A DNA stretch of 64,000 bases from an uncultured Pseudomonadota bacterium (GCA_963843375.1 CAWJKT010000009.1:247245-311244), one strand, 5' to 3'. Positions 47,943 through 60,733 are shown, counted from the stretch's first letter. Made by a program: numbers and translations. Notes: generated by a model from the letters alone, not told the origin.

Positions 47943-49361
47943 ATGAATACCTACTTTTTATCGCATTTTATCGTCTTAGGGACGCTGGTCCTCGTTTCCA
48001 TGTTTTTTTCAGCGGTGGAAACTAGTCTTTTGTCCTTTCCAAGACTTCTTCTGCAGCGAAAAGCCCAGGAACCGGGCCTATTAGGCAATGCCTTCAAGGA
48101 ATGGCAGGACCATCCGAATCGCGTCTTGACCGCCATTCTTATCGGCAACAACACCGTTAATATCGCCGCCACGACCCTCGTAGCCTATATGGCCATTGAT
48201 TATGCGGATCTGCGCCATTTCAGCCGAGTGGCCGCCGGAACGGTGGCTTCCATAGCGGTGACTTTTGTCCTTGTCGTTTTCGGCGAAGCCATCCCCAAAA
48301 TCACGGGCCGCAGCCATAGTTCCGCCATGGCCAACTGGCTGATCATTCCCATTTACCTTTTTGACCGCCTTTTAACCCCCGTGACCTGGGCTTTCGGCAA
48401 ATTTGTGGGGTTGATCCTGCCCCGATTAGGCCAAGCCTCCCTTGTCCAGGTCACGGAAGAGGACGTCAAACAATTAATCGAGATGGGCCATAAAGCCGGC
48501 ACGATTCAGGAAGAAGAGCAAAAAATGATTCACTCCATCTTCAAGTTTTCCGATACCCAGGTGAAGGAAGTCATGATTCCCCGAACCGACATGTTTTCGG
48601 TGGATATCGCAACGCCCTTGGAAAAACTTTTGGACCAGGTGGTCCAGAACGGTTATTCCCGGGTGCCGGTTTATAAGGGGAACTTGGACAATATCGTTGG
48701 CATTATTAACACGAGGGATCTGCTTTCCATCTGGAAAAACCACGACCTCATCGTGCTCCAGGACCTGGTTCGCAAGCCCTATTTCGTTCCCGAATCCATG
48801 AGGGTGGACAGGCTGTTAAGAGAGTTCCGCAGGGGTCGCTTTCATTTGGCCATCGTGGTGGATGAATACGGCGGCACTGCGGGGCTAGTCACTTTAGAGG
48901 ACTTGGTCGAAGAAATCGTGGGTGAAATTCGGGATGAACATGAAACAGACGAAGAGAAAGCCATCAACCGGATAGACGACAGTTCCTGGGTTGTGGAGGC
49001 CGACGTGGCTCTTGACGAGGTGAATGAGTCCCTAGGACTCCATTTGACCCCCAAGGGCGAAGTGGCCAGCCTGGGCGGTTATTTAATGGAAACTCTGGGT
49101 AAGATGCCCAAGAAGGGCCGGGTGGTTGAAGACCGGGAGGCGATTTTTAAGATTTTGGAAGCTAGCGAGAAAAGCGTCGTGAAGGTCAAAGTCACAAAAC
49201 GGAAAACACCTTTGGCACCGGTGGAAAGTGAAGTTGTGGTATCGGTGACGAAGCCAAAGCGCAAAAAGGCAAAAGCTCCGGTTCCTGAAAGCTCCATCGT
49301 GGAAACGTCTTCCATGGAAAGTCCACGGGAGACGATTGTACCCAATGTGGAGAAGCATTAA
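47943..49361 (+). CDS. Hemolysin family CNNM-CBS-CorC transporter
   Basis: FFSAVETS, LIGNN, FGEAIPK, VKEVMIPR, AIVVDEYGGTAGLVTLED. Confidence 0.93.
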   Translation: MNTYFLSHFIVLGTLVLVSMFFSAVETSLLSFPRLLLQRKAQEPGLLGNAFKEWQDHPNRVLTAILIGNNTVNIAATTLVAYMAIDYADLRHFSRVAAGTVASIAVTFVLVVFGEAIPKITGRSHSSAMANWLIIPIYLFDRLLTPVTWAFGKFVGLILPRLGQASLVQVTEEDVKQLIEMGHKAGTIQEEEQKMIHSIFKFSDTQVKEVMIPRTDMFSVDIATPLEKLLDQVVQNGYSRVPVYKGNLDNIVGIINTRDLLSIWKNHDLIVLQDLVRKPYFVPESMRVDRLLREFRRGRFHLAIVVDEYGGTAGLVTLEDLVEEIVGEIRDEHETDEEKAINRIDDSSWVVEADVALDEVNESLGLHLTPKGEVASLGGYLMETLGKMPKKGRVVEDREAIFKILEASEKSVVKVKVTKRKTPLAPVESEVVVSVTKPKRKKAKAPVPESSIVETSSMESPRETIVPNVEKH

Positions 49362-49658
49362 GGTTTTTTTTCAACCGTAATCGGCTACCTTCCCGTTTAA
49401 AGGTAAAAAATGGGATTTTTTCCTTGGCCGGAAATTGTTTTTTGGGTTTGAGTAAAGTTATTCGTGAAACCTTGTGTTAAGGTATGGCAATTGACCTTGA
49501 GGGAAGAGAGGGGTTCGGGACTCTAGGAATGAATTCTCTCGACTTTTGAGGCGGTTGGAATAAAATTTTAAAACACTTTAGGGTTATCCGGGATGTGAAC
49601 GCGATTCTTTCGGTTCCCGTCCATAATTTTTAAATTTAATAAGTCCAAGGAGAAAGCC

Positions 49659-50261
49659 ATGATTCAGGATAAGAGGATTTTATTGTTATTTGCGGCCGGG
49701 CTGTTAGTGTCAACTGGAAGTTTATGGGCCGATGCGACCCCTGTTTCAACGACACCCACCGGTGTAGCGACGGTTGTTGCCGCGCCTGCCAAACATCAAA
49801 GCCCGGCTTATGCTGCTATGGTTGCGGCCAATGAATTGGCTGCGGCTGGCAAGACCGACGAGGCCATCGCGGCCTATGAAAAAATGGGCGTGTTGAAATC
49901 CAAGAGCATGGAGGGCTGGAGGCTCAATAACGAAGCCCATGCCTATCTGACCGCCGCCACGCCGGCCCCCGACAAGGCCGTGCCATTGTTGGAAAAGGCC
50001 ACCACCACCGACGACAGCAACTATGTGGCCTGGAATAACTTGGGCAGCGCCTATGAGCAGACTGGCGAACTGGAAAAGGCGAAGGATGCCTACCAGAAGT
50101 CCATTGATGCTGCCAAAGCGGCCAATGCCAGCTCAGCCAAGGCGGAAGGAAACCTGCAAGCCCTTCAGCCCCGTTTGGACAAGATGGACGCCAAGGATGG
50201 CGGATCCAAATCCGATGCGGATGCCGCCACTACTCCCGCTGCGGGAGACAGTAAGAAGTAA
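49659..50261 (+). CDS. Secreted TPR protein
   Basis: Signal peptide; AWNNLGSAY TPR. Confidence 0.8.
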   Translation: MIQDKRILLLFAAGLLVSTGSLWADATPVSTTPTGVATVVAAPAKHQSPAYAAMVAANELAAAGKTDEAIAAYEKMGVLKSKSMEGWRLNNEAHAYLTAATPAPDKAVPLLEKATTTDDSNYVAWNNLGSAYEQTGELEKAKDAYQKSIDAAKAANASSAKAEGNLQALQPRLDKMDAKDGGSKSDADAATTPAAGDSKK

Positions 50262-50283
50262 AAATTTAAATATCAATTCAAAT

Positions 50284-50346
50284 AAAAAAGCCCCGCCAAT
50301 GTTCGAAACGTGGGCGGGGCTTTTTTATTGTTTGGCCTGCCTTATG
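50284..50346. terminator. Bidirectional Rho-independent terminator between convergent genes
   Basis: AAAAAAGCCCCGCC...GGCGGGGCTTTTTT. Confidence 0.85.
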
Positions 50347-51362
50347 GAAAGGCGGCTGGCCTTTATTTTGGCGAATTCTCCGGTTGAGGCGTGGGTTTGG
50401 CCTTTGAATGTTTGGCCAGCTTTTGCGTCCGGAATGGAAATTCCCATCTGCGCCGCGGCGATACCCATGGTTCCTTTCATCGGGATGAAATAGACCGGGA
50501 TATATTTTTTGGAGTGGACCCTGCCCCGCCGGTCCATGCGATAGACATAGAGCACCTGGTTATGCTTAAAGGGCTGGCCGATGGGAATGATGATGCGGCC
50601 GCCGGGTTTGAGCTGTTTGAAGAGAGGCTGGGGCACGAACTGGGCCACGCAGGTAAACATGATGATGTCGAAGGGCCCTGCCTCTTTCCAGCCGTAATAG
50701 CCGTCTCCCACACGGGTGTGGACGTTGTTATAACCCAAGGGTTTGAAAATATGGGACACAGCCTTGCCCAGAGGGTTGATGATCTCGATGGAATAGGCGT
50801 CCTTGGCCACGCGGGAAAGCAGGGAGATGTTGTAGCCGCTGCCGGTCCCGATTTCCAACACCTTGTCCTTGGGACCGGGATGGGCCAATTGGGCCATGTA
50901 GGCCTGTCCTTCGTAGTCGCTCAAGGCCGAACCCCAGCCCAAGCCCCAGGTCCGGGGCGGGTATTCATAGGCGAACTTCGATAAATCGACCCCTCCCTGG
51001 TAATCGTAATGGAAGTATTCGCGCGGCAGGTCCTCGAAGGCTTTCAACAGCCGGGGATCGGCCCAGCCGAATTTGCGATATAGGTAGCGGCGGATATCCT
51101 TCAGCATCGCCAACTTGCGGTCCTGGAGCCGGTCAAATTCCTTGGCCGTCAGATCGGGTTGTCCGGCCGCTTTTTTTAAAGGCCTTGAGGAATTTTTTAT
51201 AGGTCCAGCCCTGCGCGCCCTTTCCTTTCTCCGGGTGGCTTATCGTGGGATTTATCGTGGATGCGTCCGTGGGGTCTGAGATGGATGTCCTGCGCCACCA
51301 AAGGAGCCCGAAAAGCAAAAGAGCCAAACCCAGTAAGAAAAATCAGGGATCTTGAGGTTCAT
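50325..51362 (-). CDS. pcm: Protein-L-isoaspartate O-methyltransferase with an N-terminal membrane anchor (frameshifts in the 5' part)
   Basis: KVLEIGTGSGY, GDGYYGW..GPFD, QLKPGGRIIIPIG; upstream frames join to an ATG at 51362. Confidence 0.8.
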
Positions 51363-53882
51363 GGGCGTTTCTCCCGGAATTCTCTGGTTTCGAAGGACCC
51401 GACGGAAAGGCTAAATAAGCCAGTCCATAGAGAGCGAAGCTCAGCAAAATCAGCGGGCGGTAACCTTCGGCAATGGCCAGAAGGTTGGCCAGAGGCGTGG
51501 CCACGACGGAAAAGGCCCCGTTCAAGGCCCAGGCCCAGGGGATCAAACTGCTTTCCCGGGGGAGGCGGCTTAATCCCAGCGGAAAGAAAAAGCCGAAGGG
51601 GAACGGACGCCAAGGCCGCCCAGACCCCCAGGAAAATACATTTGGCCGGGAAGCGGCCAGGAAAGAAGGCCTCCCAATGCCCAGTCCAGCAAGCCCAGGC
51701 TCAAGAGAAACCAGAGACCAAGGCTATGCCCGCGGGCCGCAGGCCATCCTTGGGCTGGCGCAGGAAAGACTCCGGAAAACCAGCTTCCCAAACCTGAAAA
51801 AACCAGCATGGCGCTGAAGGACCAGGGAAAAGGAGATCGTGCGGTCACCCAGGAAATAAGCTCCTTTTTCGATCAAGCACGATTTCAATAAAAAGAAAGC
51901 CCAAGCCCCAAGCAGGAAAAATAAACCAAGGTCTTTCCCAGTTGCGGCAGGGGCACGGCGCTTCGGGCGCGCCCCAGCAAAGGCAGGGCCAAGACCAGCA
52001 GGGCCCAAAGCAGGGATTGGGCCAGAACGGCCAGGTTGATGAGATAGCCGATTTCCTCGCGGGGAATCTGGGAGAGGTTGTTGAGGATTTCCCGCAAGTG
52101 GGACGGCCGCAGGATGGAGAAAAAGAAAGGCCTGTCCGGGTGGAGGGCTCCAGGTTGAAGAAATGGGATTTCAGGAAGTCCTGGCCCTGGCCGGAGAGAA
52201 GTTTGAGGCTGTCATCCATCAGGGAATCGCTGGCTTCCTCGGGCGCGGCCACCTGGTCGTTCGTTCCAGCCCAGACGGTGGGGGGGAGATCGTTGAAAAT
52301 TTCCAATTCCCCGGGTTTGATGCCGGGATAATAGGAGATATCGAAGGAACGGCTGTCGCAGAAGGATTTGAGCGAAGTCAGTTGATCCTGGGTCCAGGGG
52401 TCTTTGGATCACCAGAAGCCGGACATTCCAGGAGGAGCGGTAAAGGACTAGGTGGGAGGCGGGATCCTGGATGCCAAGGCTTTGAAGGGCTTCCCGGGCG
52501 GTTTCCAGGAGTTTGAGGGCATAGACCGTAAACTCACGGGTGCTGACCGGAAGGGAGACCAGCCCGCCTGGGTTCAAGGCTTTAAGTAGCTCTGCAAGGC
52601 TTCGCGGGTATAAGCGTATTTATTGGCATCGGCCTGACCCAGGAATTCGGAGGAGAGGTCAATGATGTCGAAACCCTTTTTTGAACCCGCCAAATAGGAT
52701 TCGGGAGCCTGGCGCAAAAGGGTGACGTTTGGGTTTTTGAGCCATGAGCCCTCGTTATGGGCCAGGGGTCCCCGCATGATTCCAGGATATTCGGGTCGCT
52801 TTCCAAGGCCACCAGTTCGGAGGCTTTGTAGGCCAGGGCCTCCCCCATCGCGGAAGCCGCCCCGGGTGCCGATCAAGAGCGCGCGGCTATTGGGCTTGAG
52901 GATATAAGGAAAGATATCCAGGCTGCCCTTGACGTAGGAAAGATCGGTCTTGGAACTCTTGGGAAATGATCCGATCCGGTTGCCGTCCAGGTACAGACCA
53001 TAGGCCAGGGGCGGCCCATCCACCTTCAGTAGGACGTAGTTGTTGGAAAGGTCGATATCCAGGCGTTCGGTGAAATTATCCAAAAGCATGTAATAGCCCC
53101 AGGGGGAGAAAATCCGCTGTTTCACATGGGCATCGGACACGTTCAAGGCGGGGGTGATCATCTTGTATTGGCAGAAATGGGACTTGTTGAACTTCACGGC
53201 GGCCGACCTCGCTTAACAGGAACACCAAGACAACGACCGGCGGACCATTTCCAGGCCTTGGCTTGGAAGCGGGCGCGGTATTGGGCCGCCAGGGAGGCCA
53301 AGGCCCAGAAGGGAAGCAAGGCGCAGAGCAGGTAAAAGGGATTGATCCAGAACATGGCCACCAACAATGCTAGGGCCCCGAAGCCCGCGCCCACCAGGTC
53401 GGCGGCGTAGACCGCTCCGATCTTCTCGTTGGTCAGGGCCAGGAAACTGAGGCTGATATAGAGGCCCGACAGGAAGAAGACCGGGAAAAGGGCGGCGTAG
53501 TATTTGGCGATGTTTTGGAACTGGTCCATCCAAAGATTCGTGTCCTGCAGTTCCAGGGGATTGAAGGGGTTCAGGGTGACCAGGTAAAAGCCCAGGCAGG
53601 CGAGCGGGGGCAAAATAAGCGGAATGAAGAAAAAGAAAGCGGTGGGCCCTGTTGGAAAAAGAAGTTCTTGAAGAGGCTTAAGGCCACACCGCTGGCGGAA
53701 TAACCGGCCATGGCGATGGAAATGACCCAGTAGCCATACTCGGACCAGCTGGCGATGGCGAAGTAACGGGTGAGCATGATCTCAAAACCGATACTGGCCG
53801 CGGAAACCGCGAAAAGGGCTACCAGCAATTGGGTGTTTGGCTTGGAAAGCTGGTAGCGGTTCTCAAGGCCTTGAGTTGACAT
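51343..53882 (-). pseudogene. Spermidine-synthase-like polytopic membrane methyltransferase, multiply frameshifted
   Basis: Fragments: FEIMLTRYF..EYGYWVISIAMAG, YAADLVGAGFG, LLIGTRGG, WAWALNGAFSVV; own AAGGA RBS before ATG 53882. Confidence 0.75.
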
Positions 53883-53896
53883 TTGTCTATCCTTCC

Positions 53897-56140
53897 TTAA
53901 GGACGAGCGGGCGAAGGGCCCGTGGCAGCCGATGTTGGTTGAGGGACTGGATGGAGTTGATCTGTTTTTCGGTGTTGAGGTGTCAGGCAGTCCTGCCGGG
54001 TAAATGGCGGATTGCCGAAGGAAATCCCGAATCACCTCATTGAAATGGTCCGATTCGTCCACGAACAAGGCGTGGCCTGAATTCTGGAAAAATTCCACCC
54101 GCGCCAGGGGATCCACCTGGGTCAAGTAATTGGCTTGAGATGTATATTTGAGAGTGACCGCATAAAGCAAGGGTACCTGGTTCATGATTTTGAGGCTGGG
54201 CTGCCACCTTTCGCCGGGGAAGGCGTTGTTCATCAAGGCCAGGGCGATATCGGTGGGAGGTTTGATGGCTTCGTCGCCGAGCTTCTTTAAAAAGTCCCCG
54301 GGAGGGGGTTTCTTGAACAGACCCCAGACAAAGCTGCGGATGGCCTTGGGCCGGTCGGTATTGAATTGTTCCAGGAAGCGCGCTTGCGAGGCCGTGGTGG
54401 CGGGGCTGGACGCGGCCCCCAGGGCCGAATCCACCAGAACCGCCGCGTAAAGGCGATCGGTTCCGAATTCCCCCATATAGGCCAGGACCTGGAAGCCTCC
54501 GTGGGACCAACCCACCAGGACCACCGAGGTCAATTGAAGGTGGTCCAGAAGCTCCTGGATGTCCCTAGCCTGGCGCAAAGGTTCATCTCCCTGGGGGGTA
54601 ATGTCGGACTCGCCTTGGGAACGGGGATCCAAAGCAATGACATGAAAGTCCTGGGAAAGTCCCTCGAATTGGTACTTCCAGATTTCGGCGGGCAAAAGCC
54701 AGCCGGGAATAAAGACAATGGCTTGGCCTTTGCCTGCCTCCAGGTAGTGGAGCTTTACTTGGTCGCTGGTGGTAAAAAAACCTTCCTGGACTGGATTTTC
54801 ACCGGTTTCATTCAGGGTTGGAATGGCTCGGTGGGGCGTTGGAGAGGGTGTTTCGATCGAGGTGGGTTTGGCCGACCCGTGAATTATTGAGGCCCAAGTT
54901 TGCTCTAGTTTAGTAGCAAATGAAGTTGAAGGGGTGGGAGACGCCATCCCTGAAAGCAACGGAGTTTCAATAATAGTCGGGGTCATTGGCTGGGTTGTGG
55001 GGATGATGAGACTTGGCGAAGCAGTTGCACTAATGCTTAGCTGCGGTGAAGTCAATGGAGCGACCGCGGCCACATGGGTTTCGGTGGAAGTAGCTGAAGC
55101 CGTTGGAGTCGGGGAAGCCGTTTCCGGAACCAAAGTCGGGGAAGGGGTAGCTACGGATAAAGGGGTGAAGGTGGAAAGAGGTGCCGTATTAGAAACGGGG
55201 ATTGGGGTTAAAGCGGTTTTGAGCGAAGCCGCATGGGACTTGGTCGAGGGCAAGCCCGCCGGATAAAGGGTAGCCTGGTGCAGGAAATCCCTTATCACCG
55301 CGTTGAAATGTTCCGGTTCGTCGGCGAACAAGGCGTGGCCGGAGTGGTCAAAGGTTTCTACCCGCGCCTGGGGATCCACCTGTTGGAGATAGGCGGCTTG
55401 CGTGGTGAACTTCGCAGTGATGGCGTAAAGAAGCGGTATTTGGCGCAGGGCCCGCAGGCTCGGCTGCCAATTATCCCCGGGAATGGTGTTGTCCAATGCT
55501 GCCAAGGCGATATTGGTTGGAACATGGGCCGCGGCAAGGGTTAATCTTCTTATAAAAAGCCGTGTCGGGGTGTTTCTTGAAAAGACTCCAAACATAATTC
55601 CGGTTGGCGTTATCCCGGTCGGTTTGAAAACTTTGAAGGAATGGGCTTTGCTGGGTACTGGGGGCGGAAGGGGCTCCCAGGGGGCTGTCGACCAGGACCA
55701 GGGCGTTGAGCTTGTCGTTGCCGAACTGGGCCAGGTAGGCGAGGGTGTCGAAGGCCCCCAAAGCCCAGCCCACCAGGACCACCGAGTCCAGATGCAGATA
55801 ATCGAGAAGTTCGCGGATATCCTTGGAGCGCCTCAGCGGGTCGTTGCCAAGGGCCGTCATGTCGGATTGGCCCTGGGAACGAGGGTCTAAGGCCACCACG
55901 TGATAGTCTTTGGAAAGTTCATGGAATTGCCGTTCCCAGATATCCTCCGGCATCAGCCAACCGGGGATGAATAGAATGGCTTCCCCCTGGCCCGCATTCC
56001 TGAAAGTGAAGTTTCACGTTGTCGCAAGTGGTGAAAAAGCCCTGGCGGGAGTTGTTTTGGGCGAAAGCGGGAATGGCCAGCAAGAGCATCAACATTGGAA
56101 CCGTTTGGGCGATTTTTTTAAGCCGGGCGCCGGAATGCAT
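53897..56140 (-). pseudogene. Secreted protein with two alpha/beta-hydrolase domains joined by a Thr/Pro linker, frameshifted
   Basis: Two copies of FIPGWL..ALDPRSQG.S..LVGW(S/A).G..SGHALF.DE; ORF pieces 55919-56140, 55471-55953 and 53571-55595. Confidence 0.78.
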
Positions 56141-56375
56141 CGAGCTTGTCCCTTTTCGATAGTGGAATGGTTTGGATGAACGAGATTGACGAAAAAGAGT
56201 CTACCATTCAGTATTTGGCATCAGAAAAACCTTTACACCCACAACCAAACAAGGCCTTATTATACTTGAGGCGTTATTTCATCCGTGAAATCCAACCTGA
56301 GACCTTCAGAACGACTGGACCCAATTGAGGTTCACGGGGTGAAATTTGGATGGGAAAAGGGGAAACGTCGAGGAA

Positions 56376-57131
56376 ATGAATTACTTAGACTGCCATAATC
56401 ATACCGCTGAATGGTCCGATGGGCGTCAATCCATCGAGCAAATCCTTCAACGGGCAAAGGAAGAAGGCGTCCGGGTGGGGTTGTCGGACCATGCGGGGCT
56501 CGGGGACTATCTTAATTCCAACGACCGGCTTTTAGCCTATTGCGATTTTCTTTCCCAATACCCCGTCGCCCGGGGATTGGAAATGGACTTGGGCCGCAGT
56601 TTCATCGTCGCTGACGAAACCCGCGGGAAGTTCGACTACATGATCGGCAGCATTCATGGCATTACCCTGAATGGTCTTCGCGTCGGTTTTAGCCCCCTGA
56701 TCAAATACCTCAAGGGCGGACTCCCGGATTACAATCCCGGCGCCCAAATCAAGGATTGGGACCAGTTTTTCAAAACCCACTTGGAAGTCCTAAAAAAAGA
56801 ATTCAGCGAACAAAACTACAGCATTCTGGGCCATTGCACCATGCTGCCCCCGCTCGCCCTAGGCAAACCTGAAGAGGTTTTTCCAGAATGGTGGGAGGAG
56901 GAATTGATCAGCACTTTGATCATGTATAACGTCGCCATGGAAATTTCCAATCGTTGGCTGACGCCTTATGAGCGCCTCATGAAAAAGGCCGTGGACGCGG
57001 GAGTCAAATTTTCAGTGGGATCCGACGGGCACGAGACCCTCAAAACTTGCGTTCTGGATTTCCCTAAAAAAATGATCGAGAAGTTCGGGGTGAAGCCCGA
57101 GAGGATTTTCGATATTCCCGCGCAAAATTGA
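56376..57131 (+). CDS. PHP-domain protein (histidinol phosphatase-like)
   Basis: DCHNHT, LSDHAG, IGSIH, ILGH, GSDGH. Confidence 0.88.
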   Translation: MNYLDCHNHTAEWSDGRQSIEQILQRAKEEGVRVGLSDHAGLGDYLNSNDRLLAYCDFLSQYPVARGLEMDLGRSFIVADETRGKFDYMIGSIHGITLNGLRVGFSPLIKYLKGGLPDYNPGAQIKDWDQFFKTHLEVLKKEFSEQNYSILGHCTMLPPLALGKPEEVFPEWWEEELISTLIMYNVAMEISNRWLTPYERLMKKAVDAGVKFSVGSDGHETLKTCVLDFPKKMIEKFGVKPERIFDIPAQN

Positions 57132-57141
57132 AGCCGCCTGA

Positions 57142-58058
57142 ATGAATTCCGATAAATTTGTTTGCGGCGCGGTGGCGATTCTGGGAAAGCCCAATGTGGG
57201 CAAGTCCACCTTCATGAATAAGGTCCTCGACCAGAAACTTGCGATTGTTTCTCCCGAAACCCCAGACGACCCGGGGTTCCATGGCGGGGATATTTCAGGA
57301 TGGTGATTCCCAAATCGTTTTTTACGACACGCCCGGCATCCATCAGCCCCACAACAAACTTTCCCAATATATGCTGCGCGAGGTGGAGAATGTCCTGGAC
57401 GGGGCGGACGCGGCCCTTTTTCTTATCGATGCCAAAGAGGGGTTGGGGGACGAGGATTATTTGGTGGCCGAATGGTTGAAGAAATTCGAAAAGCCCGTTT
57501 TGTGCCTTCTCAATAAGATCGACCAGGTTCCCGAGGGGCAGGGTGCAGGAACTTACGGGAAAGATCAAAGCGGATTTGGCGGGGGATTGGCTGCTTTTCC
57601 GCATGTCCGCTTTGTCCGGCAAAGGAGTGCCGGAAGTTATCCGTCAGCTTCAGACATTTCTGCCCCACCAACCAGCCCTTTTCCCTGAGGAGGATTTAAC
57701 CAATAAGACTCTTCGGGAATTTCCGCTGAAATGATTCGTGAGCAGTGTTTTCTACAATTGCAGCAGGAACTACCCTATGGCGTGGCGGTGATGATCGAGC
57801 AATTCGACGGAAAAAGCGCCGCCTGAGCCCGTCGTGATCAAGGCGACGATCTATGTTGAGAAAGACAGCCAAAAAGGAATCGTCATTGGGGCCGGGGGAA
57901 AACAGTTAAAGGCCCTGGGGACCGCTGCCCGGCAGGAGATTGAAAAATTGTTGGAACAAAAGGTTTTTTTGGAGCTTTGGGTGAAGGTCCTGAAGAATTG
58001 GCGTAAGGACGAAGATGTCCTCAAAAAATTGGGTTATGCGGTCGGGAATAAAAAATGA
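57142..58058 (+). pseudogene. era: GTPase Era, split by several 1-bp frameshifts
   Basis: [30 protein letters not shown]-domain [15 protein letters not shown]. Confidence 0.9.
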
Positions 58059-59099
58059 AAGCCGAACGCCTCAAAATCAAGATTGTATGCACCATCGGGC
58101 CGGCTTCACGGTCCGAACAAAAGCTTTCGGACCTGATGCGATCCGGAATGGGCATGGCTCGGCTTAACTTTGCTCATGGAACCTTATCCCAGCACGCCGT
58201 GGACATAAAACGCATCCGAAAAGTGGCGAAACGGCAGAAAACCCAATGTCCCATATTGGTGGACCTGCCGGGCCCCAAAATCCGTGTTGGCCATCTGAAA
58301 CATGAACCCCTTCATTTGCGTAAAGGTCATGTGGTTCTTTTAACGAGCCGTTCAACAACCCGGTCTTTGGATGAAATCATTCCCGTGGATTATCCCCAAC
58401 TCGCTCAGAGCGTCAAAGAGGGGGCGCTTGATTTATCTTAATGACGGCTTTATCCAACTGGCGGTGGAGGCGGTCGGAGCTTCCGGGGTGAAATGCAAGG
58501 TTTTGATCGGGGGAAGCCTGCTTTCCCACAAAGGCCTCAATATTCCAGAAGGTGAACTTTTCGTGGAACCCGTTACGGAGAAGGATCTCCATTACGTGGA
58601 TTTTGGTCTGGCCCATGGTATCGACTTGTTTGGGGTTTCTTTCCTGGAAAAAGCCGAGGATATTTTAAAAGTCAAGGCCTATGCCAAAAAGAAAGGCCGT
58701 AAGATCCATACCATCGCCAAAATTGAGCGGGCCGAAGCGGTTCGAAATTTGGATGAAATCTTGAAGGTGACCGATATGGTGATGGTAGCCCGGGGTGATT
58801 TAGGAGTTCAAATCCCGCTTGAAGAAGTTCCGCTGGTCCAAAAGCGCATTATCCAAAAGGCCCGTCACCGAAACGTGCCCGTGATCACAGCCACTCAAAT
58901 GCTTGAATCCATGGTGCATAACGTCCGTCCCACCCGGGCGGAAGTCAGCGACGTGGCCAACGCCATCCTGGACGGAACTAACGCCGTCATGCTTTCGGAA
59001 GAGACGGCCATCGGGGAATATCCAGTGGAGACGGTGGAAATGATGGCGAAAATCGCGCGCGCGGTTGAGCGTGATTTTTCGAAAACAAGGAGGAAATAA
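58055..59099 (+). pseudogene. pyk: Pyruvate kinase, frameshift near 58430
   Basis: KIVCTIGPAS, ARLNFAHG, DLPGPKIR; [32 protein letters not shown]. Confidence 0.92.
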
Positions 59100-59447
59100 A
59101 TGAGGATTATGGTTTATCAGAAACCCACTTGCACCACCTGCCGGCAGGTTTACCAGGCTTTGAAGGAAAGCGGGGTGGAAATGGAATCGGTTAATTATTA
59201 CCTCGAACCTTTATCCGAGGCTAAGTTGAAGGAACTGGTGAAGAAGATGGGCATCAAAGCCTCTGAATTGTTCCGCAAAAAAGAGGAAATCTATAAAAAG
59301 CTGAAACTGGCCGAGAAGGAAGTGTCGGACGAGGAAGCCATCGAGTTGATGATAAAAAACCCGGATTTAATGCAGCGGCCGATTGTCGAGAAGGGAAACA
59401 AGGCCATTTTGGCCCGTCCCGCCGAAAGGTTGAAAGAAATCCTTTAA
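59100..59447 (+). CDS. ArsC/Spx family (arsenate reductase-like) protein
   Basis: CTTCRQ, NPDLMQRPIV, ILARP. Confidence 0.88.
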   Translation: MRIMVYQKPTCTTCRQVYQALKESGVEMESVNYYLEPLSEAKLKELVKKMGIKASELFRKKEEIYKKLKLAEKEVSDEEAIELMIKNPDLMQRPIVEKGNKAILARPAERLKEIL

Positions 59448-59459
59448 ACCAAGCGGGCT

Positions 59460-60733
59460 TTAAATCTGAGAGACGTCTATGTCCGCGCAAAGGATGTGGG
59501 TTTTTCCGGTTTCTTTGTTGGTCAGAACCCCGGTATAGGTGATGCACAGGTTTCCGGAGGCCAGGGAGATGTAGGGCTCGGTTAAATAGCGGCTGAGGTT
59601 GTTATAGGTCATTCCGAAATAATATTCCTTCAAAGAATGGTCGGTTCCCCGGGGAGCGGGTTGGAAAAGGAATTGTTTTCGCGCCGAGAATTTCTTGAGA
59701 TTGCAAATGGTCTCGCTGATTTGAACGCCATCCTGGTTCAAAATGTAGAGGCATTCCAATTGGGGATATTTGGGAAAGAAGTTCGCCAAGCTTTTTTCGT
59801 GGTCGTCCCAGTCCACCTTGTCGAGTTCCTGGAAAATGGAATCGGCGATGGTCTGGCAACGGTTCCGGCAGTTCTTGTCCTTGTTCATACGTTCCGTCAT
59901 GATTCGCCGGTAACGGGAAGCCATGAAAACGATGCGGGCTTTCAATCCCAGGGTCGCCGAGTCGTTTTTTTGGGGTTTTGAAAAATAATTACCCTGCAGC
60001 ATATCAACCCCCAAATCCAAGGCGGCCAGGGCGTCTTCCTCGTTTTCGATCCCGTCGGCGACAACCAGGATTCCCAGTTTTTGGGACAGGTTCACCACGG
60101 TTCGAATCCCTCGCGTTTGTAGGGATCGTTGGCCATGCCCTGGACGAGAGAGCTTTCCAGTTTGACCACGTCCGGGTTCAAGTGGAGGACCTGGTTTAAC
60201 TTATCCCGGCTGTTGTTGATGTCTTCCAGGGCGATCAAAAAATTATTCCCTCTTTGGTTTTCGATGAATCTTTGAACCGCCATTTTGTCGGCCCCTTCGG
60301 ATTGGGAGATCTCAATCACGATCGTACTGGGGTCCAGATGATGTTCCTTGACTTTTTTAATTAAATAACCGGATCCGACGATGTCAGGGGTCAGGATAGA
60401 GGACTCGATGTTGAGGAAAAGAAGCAACCCCGGAATTTTGGATCGGATAAGGGTATAGCTTTCCAGGCTCTTGTCCCGGAAGAGACGGTCCAAAGCCAGC
60501 CGGGGTTCTTTGTCCTCCAAATGCTTGTAAATGTCCTGGGGCTCGATGAGTTTTTGAGTTTCCGTATCCACGCCCCGGCCCAGCGCTTCCAAGCCGACGA
60601 CTCCGATTTTTTTAATCGAAACGATGGGCTGAAAAAAGGAAGCGACGCTTTTTTGTTCGATAAGGTCTAAGGGTTGAATTAAGGGTAGTTCGGGACTTTC
60701 CAACGGTTTCTCCGGGAAGGTGAGGTTTTCCAT
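59460..60733 (-). pseudogene. EAL-domain phosphodiesterase with a C-terminal sensory domain, frameshift near 60095
   Basis: FFQPIV, GLEALGR, LFLNI, VIEIS, PDVVKL; second piece VADGIE..LQGNYFSKP, EPYISLASG. Confidence 0.8.

Noticed and set aside
49380-49658. Long intergenic region as a riboswitch or ncRNA
   Set aside because: No recognisable aptamer motif; an Rfam search would be needed. I also saw no tRNA or rRNA gene anywhere in the window.
53571-55595. 674-aa ORF as a real hydrolase-membrane protein fusion
   Set aside because: The downstream gene has its own RBS and ATG at 53882, and a TAA at 53897-53899 in another frame; the fusion is best explained by a frameshift.
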